Assembly: GCA_963674735.2 (NCBI GenBank)
Contig: CAXXQS010000001.1
Location: 1,920,001-1,984,000 of the forward strand
Length of the DNA stretch: 64,000 nt
DNA from: Myxococcota bacterium
GTDB taxonomy: Bacteria > Myxococcota_A > SURF-8
Direction: 5' to 3'
This document shows positions 1 through 9,585 of the stretch, in pieces. Every line of letters begins with the position of its first letter. Position 1 is the first letter of the stretch. The notes below the pieces were generated by a model, which saw only the letters and a list, made by a program, of their open reading frames with translations, had not been told where the DNA came from and ran no database searches. Made by a program: the position numbers and the translations under genes.

Positions 1-2371
1 GCGTTTTGAATGGCACCGGGCTGAGGGAATCCTGTCCGACCGTATCCCAATCCGCGCAATCAAACTCCGAGCCGCCGTGCTGGTAACAATAGCAGGCTCC
101 CTCATTGGCCAACACCTGACCGATCAAGGCCGAGTCGGTGGTCATGGGAAGATTGGCGGCGATTTCGAACGGCTCTCCCTGCACAAACTCGCTGTTGTTC
201 TCCACACACACCCACAAAGACGGGGTGTAATCGCCCTGGGTGAGGATGGCGGTCGGGCACATGCGCACATAACGGTTGCTGCCGACGGTTTTGTCGTTGA
301 CCTCCGATAAGTAGGCGAAAAAGCCGCCCGTTTCCGGATCGTAATCCAAACGGTTCTCTCCGGCCGTTTTCAAGCTTTCCAGCCGCTCGATGCCGATATT
401 GGTTTCCATGTACTTCATGCTAATCTGATTCGGCGCCACTTGATTCAAGCTGCCATAGCTGGTCACCGTCACGATCGGCGTCCCATCCTGAGCGGATCGC
501 GTAACGGCGGCGATGGCATAGCTGCCGTAATCGTGTGTCTCGCCATCTAGCGTAACCTGAACCTCACCGGAGCCGGGTTGACCGTCCGCCAACACCCCGT
601 CAAGAATGAAAGTCAGCGAATTGGCGGCCTGCGGAGTCAGAAAATCATCCGGCAGGCTGCAGCTCAGTTCCAGAACCGACGTTTCCCAGGCATCTTCGAT
701 ACCCAAGTAATAGTTGTTGTAGGCCGGATTTCCCGCGAAATCGATCTCGCGCAAGTCGTTTAAACAACTCGTGTCGGGCGCGGCTTGCGGATTGTCCATG
801 AACGACAGCATGATCTGCAGACCGCAGTCGCGACTGTTTTCGCTCTGTACGGGCGATTGCGTCAGCACGCCGTGGTTGGCGAAGGGAATCTCGACGAAGG
901 TCTGATGCTCACCGGTGAGAGCATCCCGCGCCGCAACGGCCACCTCGATGGGGGTTTGCAGATCGAGGGTTCCGTTCATCGATAAAATCGGCACACTGGG
1001 GTCGGCCCAAAGCCCCCAATAGTCGTCGGGTGTGTAAGTCGGCCAGAAGTCGGCCAGACTCATCAGCCGTTCACCCAGGTAGTTGTTGGTCAACATATCG
1101 TTGCGCATGTCTTCCAACTCCGCCACCGTCAGCGGTATTTCGCTCAGCATCTCGGATAGGATAATGTGATTACCCAAAGCATATCCGTATTGACGATCCG
1201 CGAACGACACCTCACCTCCGAAAATCTTGAAAATGGCGTTGACAATTGCCGCCACATCATCCTCGTTGCAACGCGCCAACCGATAGTAAAGTGCCGGAAC
1301 GAGCACCCGCGAGTTCCAGTCGCGTCCCAAGGTGAAAGACGCCATTTGAATGTATTGCATGGTGATGCCGTAGGAATCGGTCAGCACCGAACAATGCCCA
1401 TCGCGAAAGTCCGCCAGAGCTTGCTCGGCTGTCGCGGCCGGATCGGAACCGAGTTTTTCGGAACAGAAGTCGTCTTCGGCGCACATATCGAAAAGTTTGC
1501 GCGTGGTCGCATCCGCGTAAACGTCGTAGCGATCGAGATAGGTGGGAATCGAAGGCGGCACCGAGTCCAGCACGACCCCTTCACTTTGCTCGGGAAAGAG
1601 TTGGGCATAGCGATGCCCCCAGTAGGAGCCATAGCTGCAGCCGTAAACGATCACATCCTTGGTTTCTTCCCGCGCCAGTTCAACCAGGTATCCGACATCA
1701 ATTGCGGCCTGGGTGGTGGTAAAGGCATGCAACGGATACCCCCAATCCGATTGCAGCCAATCCACGCACTGCGTCCACTCGGAATTGGAAAGGCCGAAAC
1801 CGTTCTCCGAATCGTCGGCCTCGTATTGCGGACAGCCGATTCGCGTCGAAAAACCCACTCCCCGGTGATCGAGAAGGTAGATATCCGCCTTGGGATCGGC
1901 CTGATTCAGCAGATCCGCCAACCAGGCTAACCCCGTACTCCCCGGTCCGCCCGGACCGCCATGCAGCAACCAGATCTGCCGCGTCGCGTCGGCGGACTGC
2001 CTGAGACGTTTCACGCGAACGAGCAAGGTCTGGCCTTCGACGTCATACCAGTCCACCGGCATCGGGACATCGGCACATTCGGCATCGCGCTGCTGAGCGG
2101 AGGTGCTGCCTTCGTAGAGGGGACAATCCGCCCATTCGATCTCCGCCTCAAGCAAGGCCTGCGGCAAAACGAAGGGCCCCGGAACATCGCCGTCGGGGTC
2201 GTCGCCGTCGGGGTCGTCACCATCGGGCTCATCGCCGTCGGGACTATCGCCGTCAGGGCTATCGCCATCCGGATTTCCATTGCCTTCAGAATCCCCCCCG
2301 CAAGCAATGAGCACCAAGCTCATGACAATCAACGAAGTCCATCTTAAAATCCAGAAGCATCCCTTGCGCAT
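1..2371 (-). CDS. Lipoprotein alpha/beta hydrolase (TAP-like peptidase/esterase) with PDGD linker and Cys-rich C-terminal region; runs off the left window edge
   Basis: Absent from the ORF track, consistent with no stop inside the window. Manual translation from ATG 2371 (GGAG upstream): MRKGCFWILRWTSLIVMSLVLIAC (lipobox), GGDSEGNGN, (PDGDx)6, ECADVPMPVDW, LLHGGPGGPG, DHRGVGFS, nucleophile elbow GCSYGSYW. The same frame reads ...DSLSPVPFKT at base 2; the middle was only spot-checked. Confidence 0.85.
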   Translation of the reverse strand, partial: MRKGCFWILRWTSLIVMSLVLIACGGDSEGNGNPDGDSPDGDSPDGDEPDGDDPDGDDPDGDVPGPFVLPQALLEAEIEWADCPLYEGSTSAQQRDAECADVPMPVDWYDVEGQTLLVRVKRLRQSADATRQIWLLHGGPGGPGSTGLAWLADLLNQADPKADIYLLDHRGVGFSTRIGCPQYEADDSENGFGLSNSEWTQCVDWLQSDWGYPLHAFTTTQAAIDVGYLVELAREETKDVIVYGCSYGSYWGHRYAQLFPEQSEGVVLDSVPPSIPTYLDRYDVYADATTRKLFDMCAEDDFCSEKLGSDPAATAEQALADFRDGHCSVLTDSYGITMQYIQMASFTLGRDWNSRVLVPALYYRLARCNEDDVAAIVNAIFKIFGGEVSFADRQYGYALGNHIILSEMLSEIPLTVAELEDMRNDMLTNNYLGERLMSLADFWPTYTPDDYWGLWADPSVPILSMNGTLDLQTPIEVAVAARDALTGEHQTFVEIPFANHGVLTQSPVQSENSRDCGLQIMLSFMDNPQAAPDTSCLNDLREIDFAGNPAYNNYYLGIEDAWETSVLELSCSLPDDFLTPQAANSLTFILDGVLADGQPGSGEVQVTLDGETHDYGSYAIAAVTRSAQDGTPIVTVTSYGSLNQVAPNQISMKYMETNIGIERLESLKTAGENRLDYDPETGGFFAYLSEVNDKTVGSNRYVRMCPTAILTQGDYTPSLWVCVENNSEFVQGEPFEIAANLPMTTDSALIGQVLANEGACYCYQHGGSEFDCADWDTVGQDSLSPVPFKT
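2186..2272 (-). repeat. 15-bp coding tandem repeat (PDGDx x6)
   Basis: atcgccgtcgggg-like units with 15-bp period encode PDGDS PDGDS PDGDE PDGDD PDGDD PDGDV on the minus strand. Confidence 0.85.
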
Positions 2372-2909
2372 GGCGACTCCTTTTCTTCTGCGGCCATAAA
2401 TTTTATCGGCAATCGTCGGTACTGACTTCATTCCCAGCAGCAACTCACCAAGATCTTCCACGATCGAAATGAAAGACATGAACTCCCACAACCGTCGTTT
2501 CACTGAGTACTTCGCCCTTTACCGAACTGACGAATCCACGAAATGAAGGTTTATTTTCTTTTTTATATCGTGATCAGCAGGCTTCATCCAAATAAAATTC
2601 GTTTCATATATGGTTATACCGCTCTTTACTAAAGAGCACCTATCCATACACCAGACAACTACCATATTGTTATTACTGGAATATTTTTGCTTTACAGGCG
2701 GCACTTACACAGCATGAACGGATATTGAGAACATACGTGAGAGCATCTGTGCATGCTCTTCACGATTTTGTGCTCGCATTCTGGTAACGCTTCACAAGCG
2801 AAAACGTCCTCCTTACTAGAACGCCGCTCTTTCGGTGTCTGGCAAACAGGGGCGACAAATGACAGGCAATTCTGCTCGACCCCATGGATTTTTTAAGGAG
2901 GTTCTCATC

Positions 2910-3206
2910 ATGAAAAAAGTACTGCTTCTAACTACCCTGATGCTGGCTCTCACGCTCCCCGTTCTCGCCGCCGACAACAACGACCGTCCACGCCGCCAAG
3001 GTCCGCCCCCGGAATCGCTGGACGCCTGCGCGGATCTGCAAGCCGGCGACAGCTGCTCCTTCACCTGTCCGGTGCGAGGCATGGAAATCGAAGGGGTCTG
3101 CGTAACCTCTCGACGCAGCGACGATCTACACTGTCGTCCGAACGATCCTCCGGGCGGCGGCCGCGGGAAAGGCCGAGGAAAAGGACGCGGAAACAACAGG
3201 AACTAG
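2910..3206 (+). CDS. Small secreted Cys-containing protein with Gly/Arg-rich tail
   Basis: AAGGAGG RBS then ATG 2910; signal peptide MKKVLLLTTLMLALTLPVLAA; PPPESLDACADLQAGDSCSF motif. Confidence 0.75.
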   Translation: MKKVLLLTTLMLALTLPVLAADNNDRPRRQGPPPESLDACADLQAGDSCSFTCPVRGMEIEGVCVTSRRSDDLHCRPNDPPGGGRGKGRGKGRGNNRN

Positions 3207-3263
3207 CCGCGATTCTGTGATAACGTCTCCTCAGGCGACGATTGTTCACCTGAGGAGACACAC

Positions 3264-3764
3264 ATGTTTAAGCTATCCCCCAAAAGCCAGAAGTGGTTGA
3301 AAATCCTTCATCTTATCTTTGTTTCGGCTTGGGTGGGAACGGCGATTTGTCTCACGTCCATGTTGGCGACCTTGGATGCGAAAAGCGGACAAGAACTTTT
3401 GGGATATCTGAAAGCGATGAAATTCATCGATGATTTCATCATCATCCCAGCCGCCATGAGTTGCCTGCTGACCGGCCTGCTATACAGCACGGTCACCCAC
3501 TGGGGTTTTTTCAAGCATCACTGGATCACAATCAAATGGATCATTACGGTTTCCAGCATTCTTTTCGGCACCTTCTGGCTGGGTCCGTGGCTCAACAGTT
3601 TGCTGCCTATGGCCGATCGACTGGGCTTGGCGGCCTTCGCCGACGCCGAGTTCGTCCGAATTTACCACCTGGATATGAGGTTCGGGATCCTGCAGGTGGC
3701 CGCGCTGCTGTTTGCCGTCGTGCTGTCCGTTCTCAAACCCTGGAAAGCCAAACACACAAGTTGA
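3264..3764 (+). CDS. Integral membrane protein, DUF2269-like
   Basis: GAGGAG RBS; four hydrophobic segments, LKILHLIF..W.G, HWGFFKHHWITIKW and terminal SVLKPW typical of this family. Confidence 0.75.
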   Translation: MFKLSPKSQKWLKILHLIFVSAWVGTAICLTSMLATLDAKSGQELLGYLKAMKFIDDFIIIPAAMSCLLTGLLYSTVTHWGFFKHHWITIKWIITVSSILFGTFWLGPWLNSLLPMADRLGLAAFADAEFVRIYHLDMRFGILQVAALLFAVVLSVLKPWKAKHTS

Positions 3765-3895
3765 ACACTTCGATCCGGACCTCAAACGGTGCAAAATAGT
3801 CGGTTATCAGAAGACCTCTCAAATGGGCTTGCCGCCGGAACCCGATTCCGTTACTCTTGCTGGTGAGATTTTCAACTCAGCCATCAGGAGATGCC

Positions 3896-4252
3896 ATGCG
3901 TTGCGAAAAATGCGGAGCCGCCACAACGGAGCAGGAAGCACACAACCATGCCGGTCAGACCTTATGCGACGACTGCTACATGGACGCTCTTTCCCCCACT
4001 CGTACCTGCGACCCCTGGGCGGTGCATGCGGCCAAAGGGTTGGAAAAAAGCGATGGGCCTGTTTGCCTCACCCCGCGCCAGGAACGCCTGCTGGGCATTC
4101 TCAAACAAACGGGCGGTATCGCTCCCGGCAACTTAGCTGCGGAACTGGGCATCGAGATCAAAGAACTTGAGCGCGATATCGCCGCCCTGCGCCATATGGA
4201 AAAACTGCGCGGGGAAATGCGAGACGGGGTCAAACTGATTGTCCTCTGGTAA
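3896..4252 (+). CDS. Zn-finger plus C-terminal winged-HTH protein
   Basis: AGGAG RBS before ATG 3896; CEKC...H...CDDC, CDPWAV, then HTH-like LAAELGIEIKELERDIAALRHM. Confidence 0.7.
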   Translation: MRCEKCGAATTEQEAHNHAGQTLCDDCYMDALSPTRTCDPWAVHAAKGLEKSDGPVCLTPRQERLLGILKQTGGIAPGNLAAELGIEIKELERDIAALRHMEKLRGEMRDGVKLIVLW

Positions 4253-4286
4253 ACAAGACCCCCTCGTCATTCGCGAAGGAACAGAC

Positions 4287-4784
4287 ATGACCTCCCCCGT
4301 CTTTTGTCCGCAATGCGGCAAGAAACTGATGCCCGGAATGCACGCGGAACGCGAGCGTCTGGCCTGCCCCGACGCATCCTGCGGATATGTCTTCTGGGAC
4401 AATCCGATTCCGGTGGTGGCGGCCATCATCGAACAGAAGGGCAACGTACTCTTGGTACGCAATCAGGGTTGGCCGGAAAAGATGTTCGCGCTGGTCACCG
4501 GATTTCTCGAACGCGATGAGAGCCCGGAGGAAGGCTGTCTGCGTGAAATTGCGGAAGAAACGGGACTCCGTGCTGAAATCACCGAATTGGTCGGAGTCTA
4601 CCCTTTTCTTCCGATGAATCAAGTCATCATCGCCTATGCCGTCAAGGCACAGGGCGAGGTGATATTAGGAGAAGAACTCGCGGATTTTCGCTGGATCCCG
4701 ATCGAAAAAGTGCGGCCGTGGCCACAAGCGACCGGACAAGCGCTTGCTCGCTGGCTGGAGAAACAAGGAGTGGATAGAGCCTGA
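4287..4784 (+). CDS. NUDIX hydrolase with N-terminal Zn ribbon (NADH pyrophosphatase-like)
   Basis: FCPQCG...CPDASCG Zn ribbon, WDNPIPVV, Nudix box GFLERDESPEEGCLREIAEETGL. Confidence 0.88.
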   Translation: MTSPVFCPQCGKKLMPGMHAERERLACPDASCGYVFWDNPIPVVAAIIEQKGNVLLVRNQGWPEKMFALVTGFLERDESPEEGCLREIAEETGLRAEITELVGVYPFLPMNQVIIAYAVKAQGEVILGEELADFRWIPIEKVRPWPQATGQALARWLEKQGVDRA

Positions 4785-4807
4785 TTTCGATCCACAGCAG
4801 GATTCGA

Positions 4808-5026
4808 TCAGCCTTTTTCCAAAATAACTTTGGCCTTGCTCTGATTGTTTGGAAAGAGATCCGAAGGCACACGGCCTTTTCCCTTGGCTTTGAAAATTAT
4901 ATACCGAGCGCAATTACTTTTATCGCCTTTGCAATATTGCCGTTTGTAGGAATTCGCCAAGGCGGGCATGTTGGCCATCTTGTCATTGAAGAAAATGCAA
5001 CCGGGAATACATTCACAATCAGCCAT
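4808..5026 (-). CDS. Small conserved Cys-rich protein
   Basis: MADCECIPGCIFFNDKM...YKRQYCKGDKSNCARY..VPSDLFPN; GGAG RBS upstream of ATG 5026. Confidence 0.7.
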   Translation of the reverse strand: MADCECIPGCIFFNDKMANMPALANSYKRQYCKGDKSNCARYIIFKAKGKGRVPSDLFPNNQSKAKVILEKG

Positions 5027-5182
5027 GATAGTCTCCAATCATGATAAGGTTCAACCCAAACGCCTCAATTCTCATATCGGTCATTGTCTTTTTTATTTTA
5101 CCATTGTTTCAACCAAGTAGTGTTTTCAACTAAGAAGTAAACAGATGGGTTTTTACCTTGAATTTTGAATCAGGGGAAAAAG

Positions 5183-5845
5183 ATGTCTAAAAGCGGAACG
5201 TTTAACTACAACGCCGACGTCGCATCCATCTACGACGACATCGCTCGTCGTTGTTGGTCGCACAGTGCGGAAATCATATTCGGTTTGCTCTATGAATGGA
5301 TTGAACCGGGGCAACGGATGCTGGATATCGGCATCGGCACCGGTTTAAGCGTCCGGCCTTTTCTCAAAGCCGGGCTTTCGGTCCATGGTTTGGATAATGC
5401 GGAAGCGATGCTGGCTCGCTGCCGGGAAACGCTTCCCTGCAAAGAGCTGCTTCTACACGATCTCACCCAATTCCCCTACCCTTTTCCAGACCGGCACTTT
5501 CAGGTTGTCACCTGCATCGGTGTTTTTCACTTCATTAAAGATCTCTATCCCGTTCTCGCCGAAGCGGCACGCCTGCTTCCGCCCGACGGCGTCTTCGGTT
5601 TTACCTATGCCGTTCGTCCGCTGACGCTCGATAAAAACAGTACGGACGTCATCCCGGGACGCATCTCGACTCAAACGGACCCGGAAAGCGGAACCCGGCT
5701 CTACGCGCATTCCGAAACCTACCTGGAGCGGGGATTGCAACGCGCCGGTTTTCACTTGGAGAAACAAACGGACTTTCTGGCATCCAAAGCCGACACCCCG
5801 GAGAAGAACGTTTACATGCGGGCCGTAACGGCAAAACGAAGCTGA
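5183..5845 (+). CDS. Class I SAM-dependent methyltransferase
   Basis: Motif I MLDIGIGTG, GLDNAEAML, GVFHFIKD, LPPDGVFGF. Confidence 0.88.
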   Translation: MSKSGTFNYNADVASIYDDIARRCWSHSAEIIFGLLYEWIEPGQRMLDIGIGTGLSVRPFLKAGLSVHGLDNAEAMLARCRETLPCKELLLHDLTQFPYPFPDRHFQVVTCIGVFHFIKDLYPVLAEAARLLPPDGVFGFTYAVRPLTLDKNSTDVIPGRISTQTDPESGTRLYAHSETYLERGLQRAGFHLEKQTDFLASKADTPEKNVYMRAVTAKRS

Positions 5846-5998
5846 TTCGCCGAAGCCATGCCGTTGGGTCGCCTCTGATTTTGCAGGCACGAGTCGTCGG
5901 AAAAGGCTAGACAAACTCACCTACCTCTAATAGTATTAAGGTTTGTAGGTGCAGTCTTTCCGTGTCACGAAAAACCGGACAAAAGGAGTCGTTTCATC

Positions 5999-7963
5999 AT
6001 GTTTCTGCGACCTGCTCTGCAGCGTTTTCTGGTGGTTGGTTTATTGATCTGCTTAGCCCTTTCCGTCGCCTGCAACAGTTCCGAAGATTCCAACGGCGAA
6101 GAGCCCGTTTTCGATGGCGACGTCGGCGGCTCCGACCCCACCGATGGCGATACTCCCGTCGATGGCGACGACACGCCGCTTCCGGCATGCAAACCGATCT
6201 GCGAGCGCTATTGCGACCTGCTTAAACAATGCGACACAACCGGTGCCGTCGCTGGCGAAGTTTATGCCCAATGCAAGGAAAGCTGTGCGGCGATTCGACT
6301 GAGCGGCCAATACATACCCAACATTTCCTGTGGAGAAGAAGCCGATTGCGGCACCTTCGTCCGTTGCGACTCCAGTAATGGCGACCCCGATTTTCGCTGC
6401 GACACCGGCGATGCGCCCGATATCGACGGCGACAGCCCGCAACCCGACGGCGACCAGCCCCAAACCGACGGCGACCAGGAAGCGCAACCCGATGGCGACG
6501 AAGAAATTCCCGAAGGCGGATGCACCGCGGAAATCTTCTGTCCCGCCCAAACCAATTGCGATCCCGATTCCCACCTCTGCCTGCCGGACTGCGATCCGTA
6601 CGCCCCGAATTGCCACGGCGACCAGATCTGCAAAATCATCACCGAACCGGCCCCCTACGGATTGGGCAAAGGCGTCTGTATCGCCGACCCCGGAGAAGGC
6701 GGACTGGAAGGCGAGATCTGCAATCCCGGCCGCCCGTGTCGCCCCGATTTCGTCTGCGGGGACGCCAGTTTCTGTGAAAAACCCTGTAATCCCAATCTTC
6801 CGGACGACGCCTGCACCGACGGTCTGCGCTGCCGCTATAGCGACTCGGTCGGAATCGGCACTTGCGCGTTCTGTCACCTCGGCTATCCCTGCACCCAGAA
6901 CAAAAAGTGCCTCAACGGCTACTGCCGCTACGGTCAGGAATGTGAAAGCTCCGACACCTGCCCCAACGGCGAGAGCTGTTTCAACGGTTACTGCGACGAC
7001 AACTGCACGGTCACCGGCTGCAATCCCGGCACCTGCGATGCCGACAGCGGTTTCTGCTATGCCGATATCTGCGACAACGGATGCGACAGCGGCGAATGCT
7101 GCAACCGCACAAGTTGCGGTCCCTGCTGCTCTCCCGCCTGTCCGGCAGGCCAAGTCTGCGACTACGATCCCAGCTGCGGCAACGAGCTTTCGTGCTGCGT
7201 CGACCGCACCGACTGCCGCGACATGCCCGACAACTTCTGCAACGGCATTCCCTGCGACCGCGAAACCGGCGGTTGCCGGGGAGCCTGTCCGGCCAGTTGT
7301 CCATGGAACTACGTCTGCGGACAATGGAGCGGCTTCGAATGCGTCCCGACCTCTCCCCAGAGCTGCGATGAGCCCATCGGCGGCGATTGCCCGACCTGCA
7401 CGGCCTGCGATTTCTGGGGCTCGAAACAATGTGTTGCCACCGGAACCTGCGGCATCAGCTGCATCCCGCGTGGAATCGCCTGCACCCCCACTCCCGGAAC
7501 CAGCTTCCTTTCCTGCTGCGACGATCAGGTCTGTTGCACCGCCTCCAGCGGCAGCAAGGTCTGCTGTCCGCCCGGCTGGTGCCAGGTGGGAGTCGGATGC
7601 GTCGACCCGGATGCCGACGGCGATGTGACGGAAGATTACACCTGCCCCGAGTGCGACAGCATGGCGGGCAACTGGTGCAAAGATCCATCCGCCACCTGTC
7701 CTTCGCCATGGGAAGAGCTGATCGTGCGCCGTATCAACTCCTACCCGTGTTTCTTCGTGCTCTACCATACCGCTTACGAGTTGGACAACCTGCTGACGGA
7801 CACGGAGTATTGCGACAGTCAGGCCTTGCACTTCTACGACAGTCCGGGGTATGACGAATGCGCGTTGTATTGGGATCGTCCCAATGATCGATACACAGTC
7901 AAATGCCGACAAGGAACGACCTCGTGCAGTGCCGCGTTCAGCCAAAGCTACTGCAGCAAGTGA
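5999..7963 (+). CDS. Cys-rich lipoprotein with DGD linkers
   Basis: Lipobox LSVAC, DGDV/DGDT/PDGD linkers, long array of paired-Cys modules. Confidence 0.85.
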   Translation: MFLRPALQRFLVVGLLICLALSVACNSSEDSNGEEPVFDGDVGGSDPTDGDTPVDGDDTPLPACKPICERYCDLLKQCDTTGAVAGEVYAQCKESCAAIRLSGQYIPNISCGEEADCGTFVRCDSSNGDPDFRCDTGDAPDIDGDSPQPDGDQPQTDGDQEAQPDGDEEIPEGGCTAEIFCPAQTNCDPDSHLCLPDCDPYAPNCHGDQICKIITEPAPYGLGKGVCIADPGEGGLEGEICNPGRPCRPDFVCGDASFCEKPCNPNLPDDACTDGLRCRYSDSVGIGTCAFCHLGYPCTQNKKCLNGYCRYGQECESSDTCPNGESCFNGYCDDNCTVTGCNPGTCDADSGFCYADICDNGCDSGECCNRTSCGPCCSPACPAGQVCDYDPSCGNELSCCVDRTDCRDMPDNFCNGIPCDRETGGCRGACPASCPWNYVCGQWSGFECVPTSPQSCDEPIGGDCPTCTACDFWGSKQCVATGTCGISCIPRGIACTPTPGTSFLSCCDDQVCCTASSGSKVCCPPGWCQVGVGCVDPDADGDVTEDYTCPECDSMAGNWCKDPSATCPSPWEELIVRRINSYPCFFVLYHTAYELDNLLTDTEYCDSQALHFYDSPGYDECALYWDRPNDRYTVKCRQGTTSCSAAFSQSYCSK

Positions 7964-7989
7964 TAGAACCGAATTCAAGGCTAAAAACG

Positions 7990-9585
7990 ATGAAAAACAA
8001 AGCAATCCATCTTCCGCTCGTCTTCCTGCTGATGCTCCTGCTCGTCCTCGGCATATCCTGCAAATCGGAGAGCGACGACTCCGACCCGACTTACCCGGCC
8101 GGGGATTCCGACTCAACAACGACCGATGGCGATCAGAATCCCAGCACGGGTGAAAATACGACCGGCACGGCCTGTGTCGCCAACTGTGAAGGAACCGATC
8201 AATATTGCCTGTCGCTCTCGAACGCGGTGGATTGCGATGGCTATTGCATGGCGGCCAGCGGCCAACAGGACGGCTTTTGCCTCGGACTGTGTGCGACCGG
8301 AACAGGCTGTCCGGCGCAAACCACCTGCTTGACCTGCGCCGACAAGGCCGAGTGGTCGGGGCATTGCGTCTACAACGACTTGCTGCCCTGGTTCAACAAC
8401 ATCTGCAACTCCGGCAGCGACGGCGACAACGATGCCCCCGATGGCGACGATCCCCTCGACGGCGACTCGGACGATCCCGTTGTTTACGGCTGCCAGACGG
8501 AAAATGATTGTGCGGATGGCGAGCACTGCGATCCGGCGACAAATAAATGCGCGACGGCCTGCGATCCCTACACCCGCGAATGCATGGGAGCCCAGGTTTG
8601 TCACGTGCTCCAGGAAGGCGAATTGGCCGGAGAAGGCGTGGCCATTTGCGTCGATCAAATCAGCTACGGTCGGGATGAGGGTCAGTTGTGCGTCGGCGGC
8701 CAACTCTGCAAACACCACTTGATCTGCTTCCTGAACGACCACTGCTCGACCGTCTGCGATCCGGATGGCGAGAACACCTGCCCCGACAACAAACTCTGCC
8801 ACCTGGATGACACCAGCGGCGTCGGCGTGTGCGAGCGCTGCTCGGACTTCGTCCCCTGCCCGGATGGCCAGGTCTGCGACGACGGCGTATGCGAAACCAA
8901 AATATCCTGCGATAGCTACGAAGACTGCACGCGCCCCATGACCTGCCTGTCGAATTACTGCCAGGACGGCTGTTCCATAACCGGTTGCATCAGCGGCTTC
9001 TGTAATGGCCTGACCGGCTATTGCGAAGAAACCTGCCTCCCCGCCTGCCCGGATGGCCAATGCTGCAACCAGGGCGAGTGCGGACCCTGCTGCGACCCAC
9101 CTTGCTATAATCGTGATATCTGCATCGAGGACGTCTCTTGCGCTCCCGACGCAACCTGTTGCTTTACACCGGAGGACTGCCGCGAGCAAACCGACCCGGA
9201 CGCTTGGTGCGAGGGCGATCTGATTTGCGACAACACCACCGGCGATTGCCGTCCGGAATGCCCGCCCGCCGGTTGCGGCTGGGGATATGTTTGCGGCATG
9301 GAAACCGGGTATGAGTGCGAACCGATCCCGCCCGAACCCTGCGACCCGCTAACGGCCTGCTCGGATTCGGCTTGTATGGTTTGCGCGTGGCTACAGGGTC
9401 AATGCGTTCCAAACGCCAGCGGAAATTGTCCGTTCAATTGCGTTCCGACCGGCGTGGGCTGCGGAACGGCTATCGGGCAAATGGCCTGCTGTATGGGCGA
9501 TACCTGCTGCACGGACGAATCGGGAATGTCGACCTGCTGCCCCTCCGGCAGTTGCGTCAGCGGCCAAGGCTGCCAGGCGCGTTAG
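7990..9585 (+). CDS. Cys-rich lipoprotein, paralog of 5999..7963
   Basis: ATG 7990, lipobox LGISC, DGDD linkers; Cys spacing collinear with the upstream gene (CDP...C...CDPY...C.G.Q.C; CCN...CGPCC.P.C). Confidence 0.85.
   Translation: MKNKAIHLPLVFLLMLLLVLGISCKSESDDSDPTYPAGDSDSTTTDGDQNPSTGENTTGTACVANCEGTDQYCLSLSNAVDCDGYCMAASGQQDGFCLGLCATGTGCPAQTTCLTCADKAEWSGHCVYNDLLPWFNNICNSGSDGDNDAPDGDDPLDGDSDDPVVYGCQTENDCADGEHCDPATNKCATACDPYTRECMGAQVCHVLQEGELAGEGVAICVDQISYGRDEGQLCVGGQLCKHHLICFLNDHCSTVCDPDGENTCPDNKLCHLDDTSGVGVCERCSDFVPCPDGQVCDDGVCETKISCDSYEDCTRPMTCLSNYCQDGCSITGCISGFCNGLTGYCEETCLPACPDGQCCNQGECGPCCDPPCYNRDICIEDVSCAPDATCCFTPEDCREQTDPDAWCEGDLICDNTTGDCRPECPPAGCGWGYVCGMETGYECEPIPPEPCDPLTACSDSACMVCAWLQGQCVPNASGNCPFNCVPTGVGCGTAIGQMACCMGDTCCTDESGMSTCCPSGSCVSGQGCQAR

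Noticed and set aside
1166-2347. Plus-strand ORFs of 254 and 128 aa
   Set aside because: Antisense to the real minus-strand hydrolase gene missed by the ORF track.
5999-9585. TraA/TraB outer-membrane-exchange locus
   Set aside because: Lipobox-anchored, with no PA14-like domain, no MYXO-CTERM tail and no OmpA-domain TraB partner.
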